The notes under the pieces are model-generated. The model saw only the letters and a program-made list of their open reading frames with translations. It did not search any database and was not told the DNA's origin. The position numbers and the translations under genes were made by a program. Of a stretch of DNA of 64,000 bases, positions 19,781 through 29,220 are shown one piece after another; position 1 is the first letter of the stretch; each line of letters begins with the position of its first letter. Source of the DNA: a virus. Where the stretch lies: IMG/VR virus record IMGVR_UViG_3300042888_002402, one strand, 5' to 3'.

Positions 19781-20383
19781 TTAAAATATGATTGCAAATA
19801 CAATGGCTGCACTCTTGCTAACCAGTTCGTCATTGACAGAACTTGACAACACGTAAACACCTGTGCCACCTCCTCCAATGGTATTGTTGTAAAGAGCCAC
19901 TGCATTTGATGGAACGCTGGGTGCAGCGCCAATGTTGCCTAGCACTTCGGTCCCTTGAATTTTTAGCACATTGTTTGCATAATCAAAAGTCAAATTGGCA
20001 CTGGCACCAAATGAGTTACCTTGATTAAATTGAACTTGTGTGTTGGAACCACCAACCACGACAGTACTTGTGCCAATGTTGGCATAACTTGTTACTGCAG
20101 ATCCATCTGAGTTTACTGCATTACTAATCTGCCAAGCATTGGCAGCAGTATCAAATCTTAATCCAGCAAAGGTGCTAGGACCTTTTTGTGCTATCAGTCC
20201 CATGTCTGTGATATTGCCAGTGTTGTTGGCTGCCACAGTAAAGAAGGCAAAGGTACTAGTAGCTGGTATAGAATAAGTAACATTGCCATTGAACACAGTG
20301 TTTGCATTGACCGTGAAAGTGCCCACGCCGTTGTTGACAGTTAGGGTGTAATCACTGTTGGTATTTTTGTAAGCAATAGACAT
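19781..20383 (-). CDS. Virion structural protein
   Basis: GGSNTQVQFNQGNSFGASANLTFD fibre motif. Confidence 0.6.
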   Translation of the reverse strand: MSIAYKNTNSDYTLTVNNGVGTFTVNANTVFNGNVTYSIPATSTFAFFTVAANNTGNITDMGLIAQKGPSTFAGLRFDTAANAWQISNAVNSDGSAVTSYANIGTSTVVVGGSNTQVQFNQGNSFGASANLTFDYANNVLKIQGTEVLGNIGAAPSVPSNAVALYNNTIGGGGTGVYVLSSSVNDELVSKSAAIVFAIIF

Positions 20384-20386
20384 TGG

Positions 20387-20974
20387 TTATAGATCCTTTT
20401 GATTATTTATGCGGTCTACAAAGGTGTCTAATTCATAGTGTTGTAGATTTTTTAATGTTTCAAGCTCAGGTATACGTGCAGTGGTTGGGCCCGCTATTCT
20501 ATAAAATTGATTTTGTGGATAATCAGTGATAATTTTGGTCAGTTGTTTCGTCCAATTTCCAACAAATGTTGGCGGTGCTCCTGCTGGTTTGTAAAATTCT
20601 GTGTTGGCGTAGATATTGTTAAAGTGTTTGTTGAGGTCAGGTCCCATGTCAAAGCCCAGCAGGTAAATTGATCTAGCACCGTTTTGACAGGCAACCGCCA
20701 CTGCAATTGGACCGGAACTGTATCCATAATACTGTTGTGGTACAGGAAGACCGCCTTGACCAGCTATGGGTTTGCGAGTGTAAAAATTGTTGGTCAACGC
20801 ATATCCTGTTTTTTGTATTTGTTCAGCAATGGGCTTATCTGTGGCAATTAGCGCATCCGGAGCAAATTCTTTGTAGAGTGCATTACACCCGTAGATTTTC
20901 CCACGTTGTTTCAAATACGGTAAACTGATATTCCGTCGGCTTACGCCATTTCCTAATACAAATGCCACAGTCAT
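20387..20974 (-). CDS. Maf/DUF115-like glycosyltransferase-related protein
   Basis: AFVLGNGVSR, YGCNALY, SSGPIA and IYLLGFD motifs. Confidence 0.6.
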   Translation of the reverse strand: MTVAFVLGNGVSRRNISLPYLKQRGKIYGCNALYKEFAPDALIATDKPIAEQIQKTGYALTNNFYTRKPIAGQGGLPVPQQYYGYSSGPIAVAVACQNGARSIYLLGFDMGPDLNKHFNNIYANTEFYKPAGAPPTFVGNWTKQLTKIITDYPQNQFYRIAGPTTARIPELETLKNLQHYELDTFVDRINNQKDL

Positions 20975-21008
20975 AAAAAATCCCCACAGTACTTATTGTG
21001 GGGATTTT
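20975..21008 (-). terminator. Rho-independent terminator
   Basis: AAAATCCCCACA-loop-TGTGGGGATTTTTT. The T run abuts the next ATG. Confidence 0.8.
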
Positions 21009-21024
21009 AGAGTTGTTACAAAAA

Positions 21025-21807
21025 TTACGAAGTGTAATTTTCTACAATACCAAGATCGAGTGTACCACCAGCATTTTGCTCACTGCCGTTGGCGCCCCAG
21101 GTGGCTGTTTCTGCACCAGATTTGGCAACTGTGCCTTCGTCGGTGAAGAAGTTGGCATCAAGTACCACGTTGTCAACAACCAGATCAGAATCCCAAACAT
21201 CGCCTACATCAGCATTACCACCTGTGCAACCACCATCAAAGTTCTGCAAGAACTTGTTGGTCAGTTTGCTGACAGCTACTTCTGTGGAATCGCCAAGGAA
21301 GTAACTGATACTCATGTTGCCTGCAGAGGGCGATAAATCGCTGGTTAGCACACATGTTCCAACAGCGTTGACACGACCTGTGCCTGTGCTGCCAAGAGCA
21401 GCAGTGGCTGTAAAGATTGTGCCAACCTGTGCAGTAGGAGCACCGTAGCTGGCCCAGTCTGTGTCGCCTACCACAGTGATACGGTATGCAAATCCAGATA
21501 CCAGGGCAGTTCTGGAAGTTATATCAGCTACCATAAATTTACGTGAACCTTTTTGGCGCAAAATAACACCATCTGCTTCAGCAAACCCTGTGACAAACAC
21601 ACGACATTTTACAACTGGATATGTGGTGCTTACATCTGTACCACGTGTACCTCCAACCACACCCAGCCACAGTGGATTAGTGCCGCCGGTTGGATATACC
21701 ACAGTGGCCACGTCCATTGAAGTTGGTGCTGCAAATGGAGGATATGCCTGATCTATTGGAGTAGATGTAGATGTATTATATTTTTGAATTTTTAGTGGAC
21801 GTCCCAT
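21025..21807 (-). CDS. Late structural protein (candidate capsid decoration protein)
   Basis: MGRPLKIQK N-terminus, strong AAGGAG RBS, own late promoter and terminator, near the major capsid gene. Confidence 0.55.
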   Translation of the reverse strand: MGRPLKIQKYNTSTSTPIDQAYPPFAAPTSMDVATVVYPTGGTNPLWLGVVGGTRGTDVSTTYPVVKCRVFVTGFAEADGVILRQKGSRKFMVADITSRTALVSGFAYRITVVGDTDWASYGAPTAQVGTIFTATAALGSTGTGRVNAVGTCVLTSDLSPSAGNMSISYFLGDSTEVAVSKLTNKFLQNFDGGCTGGNADVGDVWDSDLVVDNVVLDANFFTDEGTVAKSGAETATWGANGSEQNAGGTLDLGIVENYTS

Positions 21808-21906
21808 TTTGTTTTCTCCTTAAAGAAGCCCGATGCGGGTTCTAGCCGCTACGCTGTGGGTGTTGAGTCCCAGCATAAAACGCATGATTGCGTTGACTTG
21901 TATTTA
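21808..21906 (-). ncRNA. Candidate structured 5'-leader RNA
   Basis: TAAATA at 21901-21906, then three consecutive hairpins before the RBS (see findings). Confidence 0.55.
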
Positions 21907-21952
21907 TGGTGATGTAAATATTTCCACAGTCAGCTAGAAAATTAAATATATC

Positions 21953-23101
21953 ATGGAAACAGAACTACTAATAGCTCACGGTAATCAATGCCGTGAAGAC
22001 AACAACCCGGAACAGGCATTGGCCTTTTATGCACAGGCATTTACACAAGATCGACGTTTGGCCAGTGCATTCAACAACTACGGCAATGTGCTAAGAGAAT
22101 GTGGTGATCCTGCTGGCGCCATACCATTTTTACAACGTGCCACACAATTGGATCCTGCAAATGTCACTGCAAAATTCAATTTGTCAGTGGCATATCTGTT
22201 GCAGGGTGATTATAAACAAGGATGGCCTGCCTACGAAGTTCGCTGGCAGTACGAACATCTAAACGGACAACTTCCAAAACATTCACAGCCTAGATGGGCT
22301 GGCCAGGATATTCGAGATAAAACCATACTGATCATCGCTGAACAAGGTCACGGTGACAATATTCAATTTATAAGATTTGTTGGAGATGTTTACGCTCGTG
22401 GCGCACGAATCATTATGCAATGCAATGCAAGTTTGATCCCATTGTTTCAGGGCAGCCAGGCTATTTCTGAATTTGTTCCATCTGACATGGAACCCACTGG
22501 GTTTGATTACTGGACTCCAATTATGAGCATTCCTAACATAATTAATACCACATTGGAAAATTTAACTCATGTGCAATTTTATGTAACTCCAGACGCAAAT
22601 CTTGCACAACAATGGTTGAAAATTCTTGGACCCAAAACTAAACTACGTGTGGGATTTTGTTGGTCAGGACGTAGAGACACCTGGATTAATCGACACAAAG
22701 GCATGCCATTTGAAGTCATGGTCGAATTGATCCAACGCAATCCCAACTACGAATGGATCAATTTACAGTGTGATTGCACTGCAGAAGAAGAACGTGCCTT
22801 GGTTGATATTGGTGTACGAGCATATCCTGGATCAATTCGTAACTTTGCAGACTCAGCTGCATTGATACACAATCTTGATGTTGTGCTCAGTGTGGATACC
22901 GCAGTGGCTCACTTGGCAGGAGCATTGGGTCGTCCTGTATGGGTCATGTTGAACTGGTTTGGTACCGATTGGCGTTGGTTGCTTGATCGCGATTCAAGTC
23001 CTTGGTACTCAACTGCCAGACTGTTTCGGCAGCCTCGAATGGGCGATTGGAATTCAGTAACCGATAAAATACACAAATTCCTTGGCTGGTTTAAGATTTA
23101 A
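21953..23101 (+). CDS. TPR-repeat glycosyltransferase (GT-B fold, GT9-like C-terminus)
   Basis: TPR motif AFNNYGNVLRECG. Also EQGHGDNIQFIRF, LDVVLSVDTAVAHLAGALGRP, DWRWLLDR and SPWY motifs. Confidence 0.85.
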   Translation: METELLIAHGNQCREDNNPEQALAFYAQAFTQDRRLASAFNNYGNVLRECGDPAGAIPFLQRATQLDPANVTAKFNLSVAYLLQGDYKQGWPAYEVRWQYEHLNGQLPKHSQPRWAGQDIRDKTILIIAEQGHGDNIQFIRFVGDVYARGARIIMQCNASLIPLFQGSQAISEFVPSDMEPTGFDYWTPIMSIPNIINTTLENLTHVQFYVTPDANLAQQWLKILGPKTKLRVGFCWSGRRDTWINRHKGMPFEVMVELIQRNPNYEWINLQCDCTAEEERALVDIGVRAYPGSIRNFADSAALIHNLDVVLSVDTAVAHLAGALGRPVWVMLNWFGTDWRWLLDRDSSPWYSTARLFRQPRMGDWNSVTDKIHKFLGWFKI

Positions 23102-23114
23102 TTTTGTAATCAAC

Positions 23115-23139
23115 AAAAAAGGGCCTTTCGGCCCTTTTT
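23115..23139. terminator. Bidirectional intrinsic terminator
   Basis: AAAAAAGGGCC-TTTC-GGCCCTTTTT between the convergent TPR-GT and gp23 genes. Confidence 0.9.
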
Positions 23140-23167
23140 GTCTTCCCATCCCTGGGTAGTTCTCTGA

Positions 23168-24364
23168 TTAGGAGAATGAAAGATTTTGTACAGCAATTTC
23201 GCCAACATAGTCAGCTGCATTACCGAACGAACTGGCAGTGTTGGTCAATTCAACAAAACCATAACGAGTCATAAATGACACGACTGGTTCGAATGTTGAT
23301 GGATCCAACACAACACCACTGCTCATCAACGGAATGTATGGGCAATAGAATGCTGCGGCATCAGCCTCAGAAGTACCTTTATAACCAACCAACACAGCTT
23401 GTGTGTCCTGTGCATAGCTGTTTACAAACACACGCATAGCACCATTCAATGTACCAACAAACTTGGTGTTTGTAGGTGCTTCAAATGTGCCTTCTGTTGT
23501 GCGAGCAAATGCACTAGTTGTTGCAGATTGCAACACTGTCAGACTTGCTGGACTCACAACGCACCAGTTACCAGCGCCACGACGTGTACGCTGAGCAATC
23601 AAGTTGGCAACACGATTGATCAAAACTGCCAATGCGGCATGTTCGTCACCAACGAATGTTGCAGTACCTGACACAGTAGCTTGATTGTATGTGAACTCTG
23701 TAGCTGCAAGTGTTTGCAAGCTTAAGAGAATCTCTTGGTCAATCTCAGCAGTGATCTCTTGTGCAAGAGCTGCCATGATTTCTGCTTCAACGTCAATACC
23801 GTGCATGGCCTGTGCGTCTTGTGCAGATTCAAATGTCCAACGTGCTTGCAACTTACGTGTTTTGGCTTCCACGGCTTGTTTCAAGATCTGAACAGAAATT
23901 TGCTTACCGCCTGTACCTTCCATGATTGCTGTATTGTTACCAGTATAACCAGTAGCAGTAGTAGTACCTTGTGGAACTGTAGAGTATGCAGTAGCAATTG
24001 TGAATGGACTCAATGCCTCTTGGCCAGCGGACACGCTGGTTGCAGCCAATGAGTTATCAGTCAAAGACTGAGCATAACGCACACGCAGAGTGTGAATTTG
24101 ACCTACTGGACCTGTCATTGGCTGAACGCCTACCAACTCGTTAGCAATAACTGTTGGCATAACACGTCGAATCACTGGAAGAATCACACGGTTTAATGTG
24201 GCGATATTTCCAGATGCAGTAGAACCTGAACTTGCGTTCTCACGCAAATACTTTTTGGTATTTTCGAGGATAACGCTCATTGAAGTACGCTTTGAACCTT
24301 GCAGGCCTTCTAGCAATGCTTCTTTGGTCTCGTTCCAACGACCTTCTAATAATTCCTGTGACAT
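23168..24364 (-). CDS. gp23: Major capsid protein
   Basis: LVGVQPMTGPVGQI, VEAKTRKLQARWT, AQDAQAMHGIDVEAE, FYCPYIPL and FMTRYG motifs. Confidence 0.97.
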   Translation of the reverse strand: MSQELLEGRWNETKEALLEGLQGSKRTSMSVILENTKKYLRENASSGSTASGNIATLNRVILPVIRRVMPTVIANELVGVQPMTGPVGQIHTLRVRYAQSLTDNSLAATSVSAGQEALSPFTIATAYSTVPQGTTTATGYTGNNTAIMEGTGGKQISVQILKQAVEAKTRKLQARWTFESAQDAQAMHGIDVEAEIMAALAQEITAEIDQEILLSLQTLAATEFTYNQATVSGTATFVGDEHAALAVLINRVANLIAQRTRRGAGNWCVVSPASLTVLQSATTSAFARTTEGTFEAPTNTKFVGTLNGAMRVFVNSYAQDTQAVLVGYKGTSEADAAAFYCPYIPLMSSGVVLDPSTFEPVVSFMTRYGFVELTNTASSFGNAADYVGEIAVQNLSFS

Positions 24365-24386
24365 TTAAGTCTCCTTTTTTTCTTTT

Positions 24387-25484
24387 TTACAGTCCGGCCA
24401 AGCGTTTAAGATCGATTACATTGCTTTCGGCAACTTGGTCATCTTCTTGAACACGGACGGATTTATCGCCAGTTTCTGTGGAATATGTTTCTGTAATCAC
24501 TTTTTTACCGGCTCTTACAGAACGATCTTCCAACACAGCTGGTAGATACTTTTCGAATGCATTTTTCAAACGTGACGTTTGAACGCTTTCTAGCAAATTA
24601 CGCATTGTTTCTTGCTTTTCTTTGTTTAAAGGAGCAAGCAAGAGTTCCATGGTGCTTTCGCGCTCATTGGACTCTTTAATAACACGTATTTCACGTTCTT
24701 TGGACTCCACAAGAACTTTTGCTCTTTGTGTGAGTTTGATGGCTTCAGACAATTTGTTATTCTTTTCAGCAATAATATCATGCAATTTACGAACTTCTGC
24801 TTTCTCATTTAAATGAGTAGCACCAAATTCTGTTGCATATGCTTCAAAGATTCTACGTCCAAAATTGTTCTCGCGAGCAACTTGGATGTCTTCTTTTAAC
24901 TGTCCTAGTTCGGCCTTAAGATGTTGGCTAACAGCATTAGACATTTTCTTGGCAGATTCTGTTACGAATCGAGCTTTGAGACTTTCTAATGTACGACGAG
25001 CTTCACGCACTAAACGAACCTTAGTCTCTACGACATCACGTTTGTCTCTTGCAAATTCTTGAATCTCGCCAGCAAGTGCATGTACCACAAAGTTTTCTAA
25101 TTTAGCTAAACTTTCTGTGTGCATCTTGCGGTCTTTGCGCAGTTCGCCAATTTCTTCTGCTAATTTGGTCACCATAAAGTCGTTGAACTTTGTAGATGAT
25201 TCTTTCATTTTAGCTTGGAACTTAACGCGATCTTCAACTAGTTGAGCTTTTTCAGCCTGCACTTGTTGAATCTCTGCAGCAAGACCATCTGTAACCATAC
25301 GATCTAGGGCTTCCACCATCACTGTCTTGTCATGCTCATAGCGTTGTGCAAACTCTTCGCGTAGTTCTGCACGTACCTGTTCACGAGCTTCAGTCATCTT
25401 GGCTTCCCAAGCTTCTGTAATCTCGCTGCGAGTTTCCTCGTTGATCAAGTCGCTATCTAATAATGGTTTTATAATGTCTAACAT
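24387..25484 (-). CDS. gp22: Prohead core scaffold protein
   Basis: Coiled-coil, E/K-rich. Lies between the protease and capsid genes. Confidence 0.8.
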   Translation of the reverse strand: MLDIIKPLLDSDLINEETRSEITEAWEAKMTEAREQVRAELREEFAQRYEHDKTVMVEALDRMVTDGLAAEIQQVQAEKAQLVEDRVKFQAKMKESSTKFNDFMVTKLAEEIGELRKDRKMHTESLAKLENFVVHALAGEIQEFARDKRDVVETKVRLVREARRTLESLKARFVTESAKKMSNAVSQHLKAELGQLKEDIQVARENNFGRRIFEAYATEFGATHLNEKAEVRKLHDIIAEKNNKLSEAIKLTQRAKVLVESKEREIRVIKESNERESTMELLLAPLNKEKQETMRNLLESVQTSRLKNAFEKYLPAVLEDRSVRAGKKVITETYSTETGDKSVRVQEDDQVAESNVIDLKRLAGL

Positions 25485-25494
25485 TATGTTTTCC

Positions 25495-26133
25495 TTAGAT
25501 TTTGAGATCTTTGATCAGCTTCATTACTTCGCTTTTCAAATATCTCTGTACCTTGTTGTCCGCGCTAGCGTCACGTGCCATCTCAAGAATTTTATGTCCG
25601 TGCTTCATGTTAAGAAGACCTTCATAGATTGCTGTAGGATAAGCATGAGGCGCACTAGGTTGGGCAACTACATCCACAGTGACAATTTCAAAGTCACTGA
25701 CATGTCCGTTTGAGTCGTTGACATTTCCGGATCCACGACTTGAAACACCTAATTTAACACCAGAATCCAACATGGTTTTAACCAGTTGTCCCATTGGTGT
25801 TGGTAATACTTTTAATTTTCCGTAGCCGCAATGGCCTTCCATCCACATACCTTCAATCATGTGACTCACACGATCCAAGTTGATTTTTAAATCATCTGGA
25901 TGATCTACTTCACCTAGTACACTATGACCAGTTTTGATTTGTTCATTGATAGTTTCTACTGCCTTGGCAATTTCACGTACAGGATACACACGCTCATTGG
26001 CATTTTTTACATCGCCCTCAATGCAAACACCCTTCATATAAAGGGTTTTGCCAGATCCATCTGCGGCTTCCTCAGTCAAGAGTTCAATCTTGGCCTGAGT
26101 AAAGCTCAGATGTTCTTTTAGATATCGAGCCAT
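25495..26133 (-). CDS. gp21: Prohead protease
   Basis: NANERVYP, LGEVDHP, LGVSSRGSG and DVVAQPSAP motifs. Confidence 0.95.
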   Translation of the reverse strand: MARYLKEHLSFTQAKIELLTEEAADGSGKTLYMKGVCIEGDVKNANERVYPVREIAKAVETINEQIKTGHSVLGEVDHPDDLKINLDRVSHMIEGMWMEGHCGYGKLKVLPTPMGQLVKTMLDSGVKLGVSSRGSGNVNDSNGHVSDFEIVTVDVVAQPSAPHAYPTAIYEGLLNMKHGHKILEMARDASADNKVQRYLKSEVMKLIKDLKI

Positions 26134-26142
26134 ATCTTCTTA

Positions 26143-27030
26143 TTAGCCTCTCGGAAATGGTGTTTTTGTGTTAACACCACTGGCTTGAGCTGTCGTTGGC
26201 TTTGGAGCCGCTGACAATTTAGAATTTGCGTTGCCTTTGCCAGGAACATTTTTAAATGTGCCTGCTTGTGGCAAATCGCCTGTTTTTGGTGCTGGACGAC
26301 CTTGTGCAGTGTCACCTGTCATTCTAACAGGACTAGCTGCCATGCCTTTAGCACCAGAGTTAAAAGCAACTACGCTTTTAGTGTTAGCACCGTCGTCACC
26401 CATTTTAGGAGTAGCAACTTTGTCTAACTGTACGTTTTCCATCATTGACTCGTCGTCAAATGCTTGTGTGTCATCTTGAGCAAGTGCGTCTCCACCTAGT
26501 GGTTCGTCTTCGTCGCCAGCCAAATCGCTGTCAATTCCGTCGTCCATTTCGTCATCGCCGCCCATCATTGATTCAAATTCGGCCATCAATTCATCAAGCT
26601 TGTCTTCAAGATCAACCACACGATCTTCTAATTCGCCTTCGTCATGACCTTGTTCCATGTCGTGAGTAAGTTCGTGCCCAGCTTCTTCAGCGTTGTCATC
26701 AAACTCTTCATCATCTTCCATTGGCATGCCTTGCTCTTCGGTTTCAACATCGTCGATCAAGTCATCACTGGCATCACCACCCATCATGGCATGACCTTCG
26801 TCCATCTTTTCGTCATACTCGATGTCTTTAGCAACTTTCTTACCGGCTTTTTCAGCATGGTCGTCGCGTTCTGCATCAGACTCTTCGTCCAATGCTTCAG
26901 CATCGTCGTCCATGAGATTTTCGTATATCTCACGAGATTTTTCTACCACGATATCGTGGAAAAGCTCGCGAGCTTTTTGTTCTTCATCGTTGATTACGTA
27001 TTCAATCAACTGTTCAAATTTCGATGTCAT
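26143..27030 (-). CDS. Acidic prohead core protein (gp67-like)
   Basis: Highly D/E-rich. Start ATG 27030 after GGAGG. Lies between portal and protease. Confidence 0.6.
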   Translation of the reverse strand: MTSKFEQLIEYVINDEEQKARELFHDIVVEKSREIYENLMDDDAEALDEESDAERDDHAEKAGKKVAKDIEYDEKMDEGHAMMGGDASDDLIDDVETEEQGMPMEDDEEFDDNAEEAGHELTHDMEQGHDEGELEDRVVDLEDKLDELMAEFESMMGGDDEMDDGIDSDLAGDEDEPLGGDALAQDDTQAFDDESMMENVQLDKVATPKMGDDGANTKSVVAFNSGAKGMAASPVRMTGDTAQGRPAPKTGDLPQAGTFKNVPGKGNANSKLSAAPKPTTAQASGVNTKTPFPRG

Positions 27031-27139
27031 ATTGTGTACCTCCAAAAGTATGGCTCGTAATATATTTACATATATTAGATAATATTGGTAGTTTTAAAGC
27101 AGAAAACTGGTAGTTTTTTGAATAATTGTTAAACAATTA

Positions 27140-27361
27140 TTACAGACCAGGTGCTACAGGAGGAGGTGCGTATTGTTGACGCACTAGTTTTAATTTTTCT
27201 TTGTATTCATAACTACGCACATCATTCATTTGTCGTAGCTTGTTTAACTGACGCAGAGTCAGTCGAGTCTTTCTCAAATCGCCTAGTTTAAGTTGGCTGT
27301 TGTCCTGGCTTAGATCTTGATAAGCACCAGGAGATTTTTCGTATATTTCGTTGAGAATCAT
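27140..27361 (-). CDS. Small head-module protein
   Basis: RKTRLTLRQLNKLR motif. Perfect TATAAATA (27367-27374) 5 nt upstream. Confidence 0.7.
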   Translation of the reverse strand: MILNEIYEKSPGAYQDLSQDNSQLKLGDLRKTRLTLRQLNKLRQMNDVRSYEYKEKLKLVRQQYAPPPVAPGL

Positions 27362-27369
27362 ACCAGTAT

Positions 27370-29190
27370 TTATACTCCGGGTACTCCAGGCGCACCACCA
27401 CTTGGAGCACCTGCGCCTGCTGCACCGCCCAAACTGTTGGCACCTGGACTTACACTTGGTGTAGGCTGACTGCCCGGAGCTCCTGCAAATTCACTTTGAG
27501 AAAGATCTTGACCAGTTTGAATGTCTGCTTCCATACCTGCAGGAGTGATACCAATGGCACGTAGATCTTGCCCTTGTGTGGTTTCCAGATCTGGAGTGTC
27601 ACGTTCTTCACGCCAGTGTTGTTCGTTTTCCATGACTTCTTCGTCAGTAAGGCCTAGATAACGTTTCATTAAAAAACGTTTACTCATGTAAGGCAATGGC
27701 TCTAGTTGGGTAAATGCAGTGATTCTTGTGGTATCAAGTTCACTTTGACGATAACTGGCAAAGTTCTGTGGAGCACATAGTTTGATAGTAAACAAACCTG
27801 AATCAATATTGAATCCTCTCCAACGCATGAACATTTTAAACTCATCGTCTAGTTTTTGCATGATCAAGTTTTGCAATCGTATACAGTATTGGTTGAAACG
27901 ATATTCTTGAATCAGTGCAGTTCCTACTTTGCCGTCATTCATAGCAATACCACTATCATCAGGGCCTGTGGGCAAATAGCTTGAAGGCACACGTAAACCA
28001 CGTGCCATTTTGTTGTTGAAGTATTTCAGATCATCAATTTCGCCAAGATTTTCGCCGCCTGGCAACACTTCTACACTGCTGCCACGTCCATCCGAAGTTT
28101 GTGGGAAAAAGTAATCTTCGTTAATGCTCAATGGATTATAACTGGAATCCATCATGTTAGCACCGCCACCTGTGTTGGTAGGAATACGCCGTTGATGCAT
28201 TTCATTTTTGACACGTTCTACAAACTGCATGGCCATATGGCTGGGCATGTTTCCTACATCAATCTTGAACAAACGTCTTTCTGGTGCACGTTGCACACGA
28301 TAAATTAACACGGAATCTTCTAGTAATTCTTTTTGTTTGTAAACTTTAAAAATATTTTCTAATATGCTTTGTCCAAAAGGCCAGAAAAAGTCCAGTCCTT
28401 CGTTCAAGCTTAGGTGCACAATATGACGACTGTCTATGCAACTTTCGTTCATGGCCTGTGTGAATCTGTTGTTGCCTACGCCTCCGCCTGCACCACCATA
28501 GCCACCACCATTGGGTGCAGTGTAGTTGGTTTGTCCTGACGCTCCTGTGGCACGACTAACATAGTAATCTTGTGTGGTTTTTGAAGCCACACTCATGTTT
28601 TGAAAGTTGGGATTTATGTCTCTAATAATATACTGTTCGGGGCGTTTGCCTTCTGACTCGTTCACAATGACCCTGGCAACTTTGACCATGTCAACCCAGT
28701 ACATTTCAAATGTTTCCGGATCACGCAAAAATACCTGATCGCCGTATTTGATAGTATTACGGAACAGTTTGAACATGCGTTGATCTAGTTTGTTCAGTTT
28801 GGTCCACTGTTGCAGTTGCTTCTTAATAATTTCTATTTCGTGATCAGTTGGTTTGTCTGAAAAATGTATGTCAAATGGTGTTTCGTTATCTTGGTTTAGT
28901 TGTGTGCTGAACTCAGCAATAATATCCAAACAAGCATTGACTTCTGAATCAGCATCCATATTTTCATACTGATTGTAACGTTCTACACGATTTGGATGGC
29001 CAGAATAAACTTCAGGCAGTCTGCTGGCATAGTTTCTAAATGCAAAATCGTTGGGTGTTCCGCCAGTATAATCGCCTCCGCGTTGACGATCATATCCTGG
29101 TGCTCCAAATTGGTTGCGACCCGAAATTGGACTTAGCTGTCCGCCTACCCCATCAGGTCCAGCGACTTTGAAATATTTTTTCCAAGACAT
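27370..29190 (-). CDS. gp20: Portal protein
   Basis: LLEDSVLIYRVQRAPERRLFKIDVGNMP, EDYFFP, LPGGENLGEIDDLKYF and LRVPSSYL motifs. Confidence 0.97.
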   Translation of the reverse strand: MSWKKYFKVAGPDGVGGQLSPISGRNQFGAPGYDRQRGGDYTGGTPNDFAFRNYASRLPEVYSGHPNRVERYNQYENMDADSEVNACLDIIAEFSTQLNQDNETPFDIHFSDKPTDHEIEIIKKQLQQWTKLNKLDQRMFKLFRNTIKYGDQVFLRDPETFEMYWVDMVKVARVIVNESEGKRPEQYIIRDINPNFQNMSVASKTTQDYYVSRATGASGQTNYTAPNGGGYGGAGGGVGNNRFTQAMNESCIDSRHIVHLSLNEGLDFFWPFGQSILENIFKVYKQKELLEDSVLIYRVQRAPERRLFKIDVGNMPSHMAMQFVERVKNEMHQRRIPTNTGGGANMMDSSYNPLSINEDYFFPQTSDGRGSSVEVLPGGENLGEIDDLKYFNNKMARGLRVPSSYLPTGPDDSGIAMNDGKVGTALIQEYRFNQYCIRLQNLIMQKLDDEFKMFMRWRGFNIDSGLFTIKLCAPQNFASYRQSELDTTRITAFTQLEPLPYMSKRFLMKRYLGLTDEEVMENEQHWREERDTPDLETTQGQDLRAIGITPAGMEADIQTGQDLSQSEFAGAPGSQPTPSVSPGANSLGGAAGAGAPSGGAPGVPGV

Positions 29191-29220
29191 TTGATTTTTC
29201 CTTGCAGTATTTACCGCATA

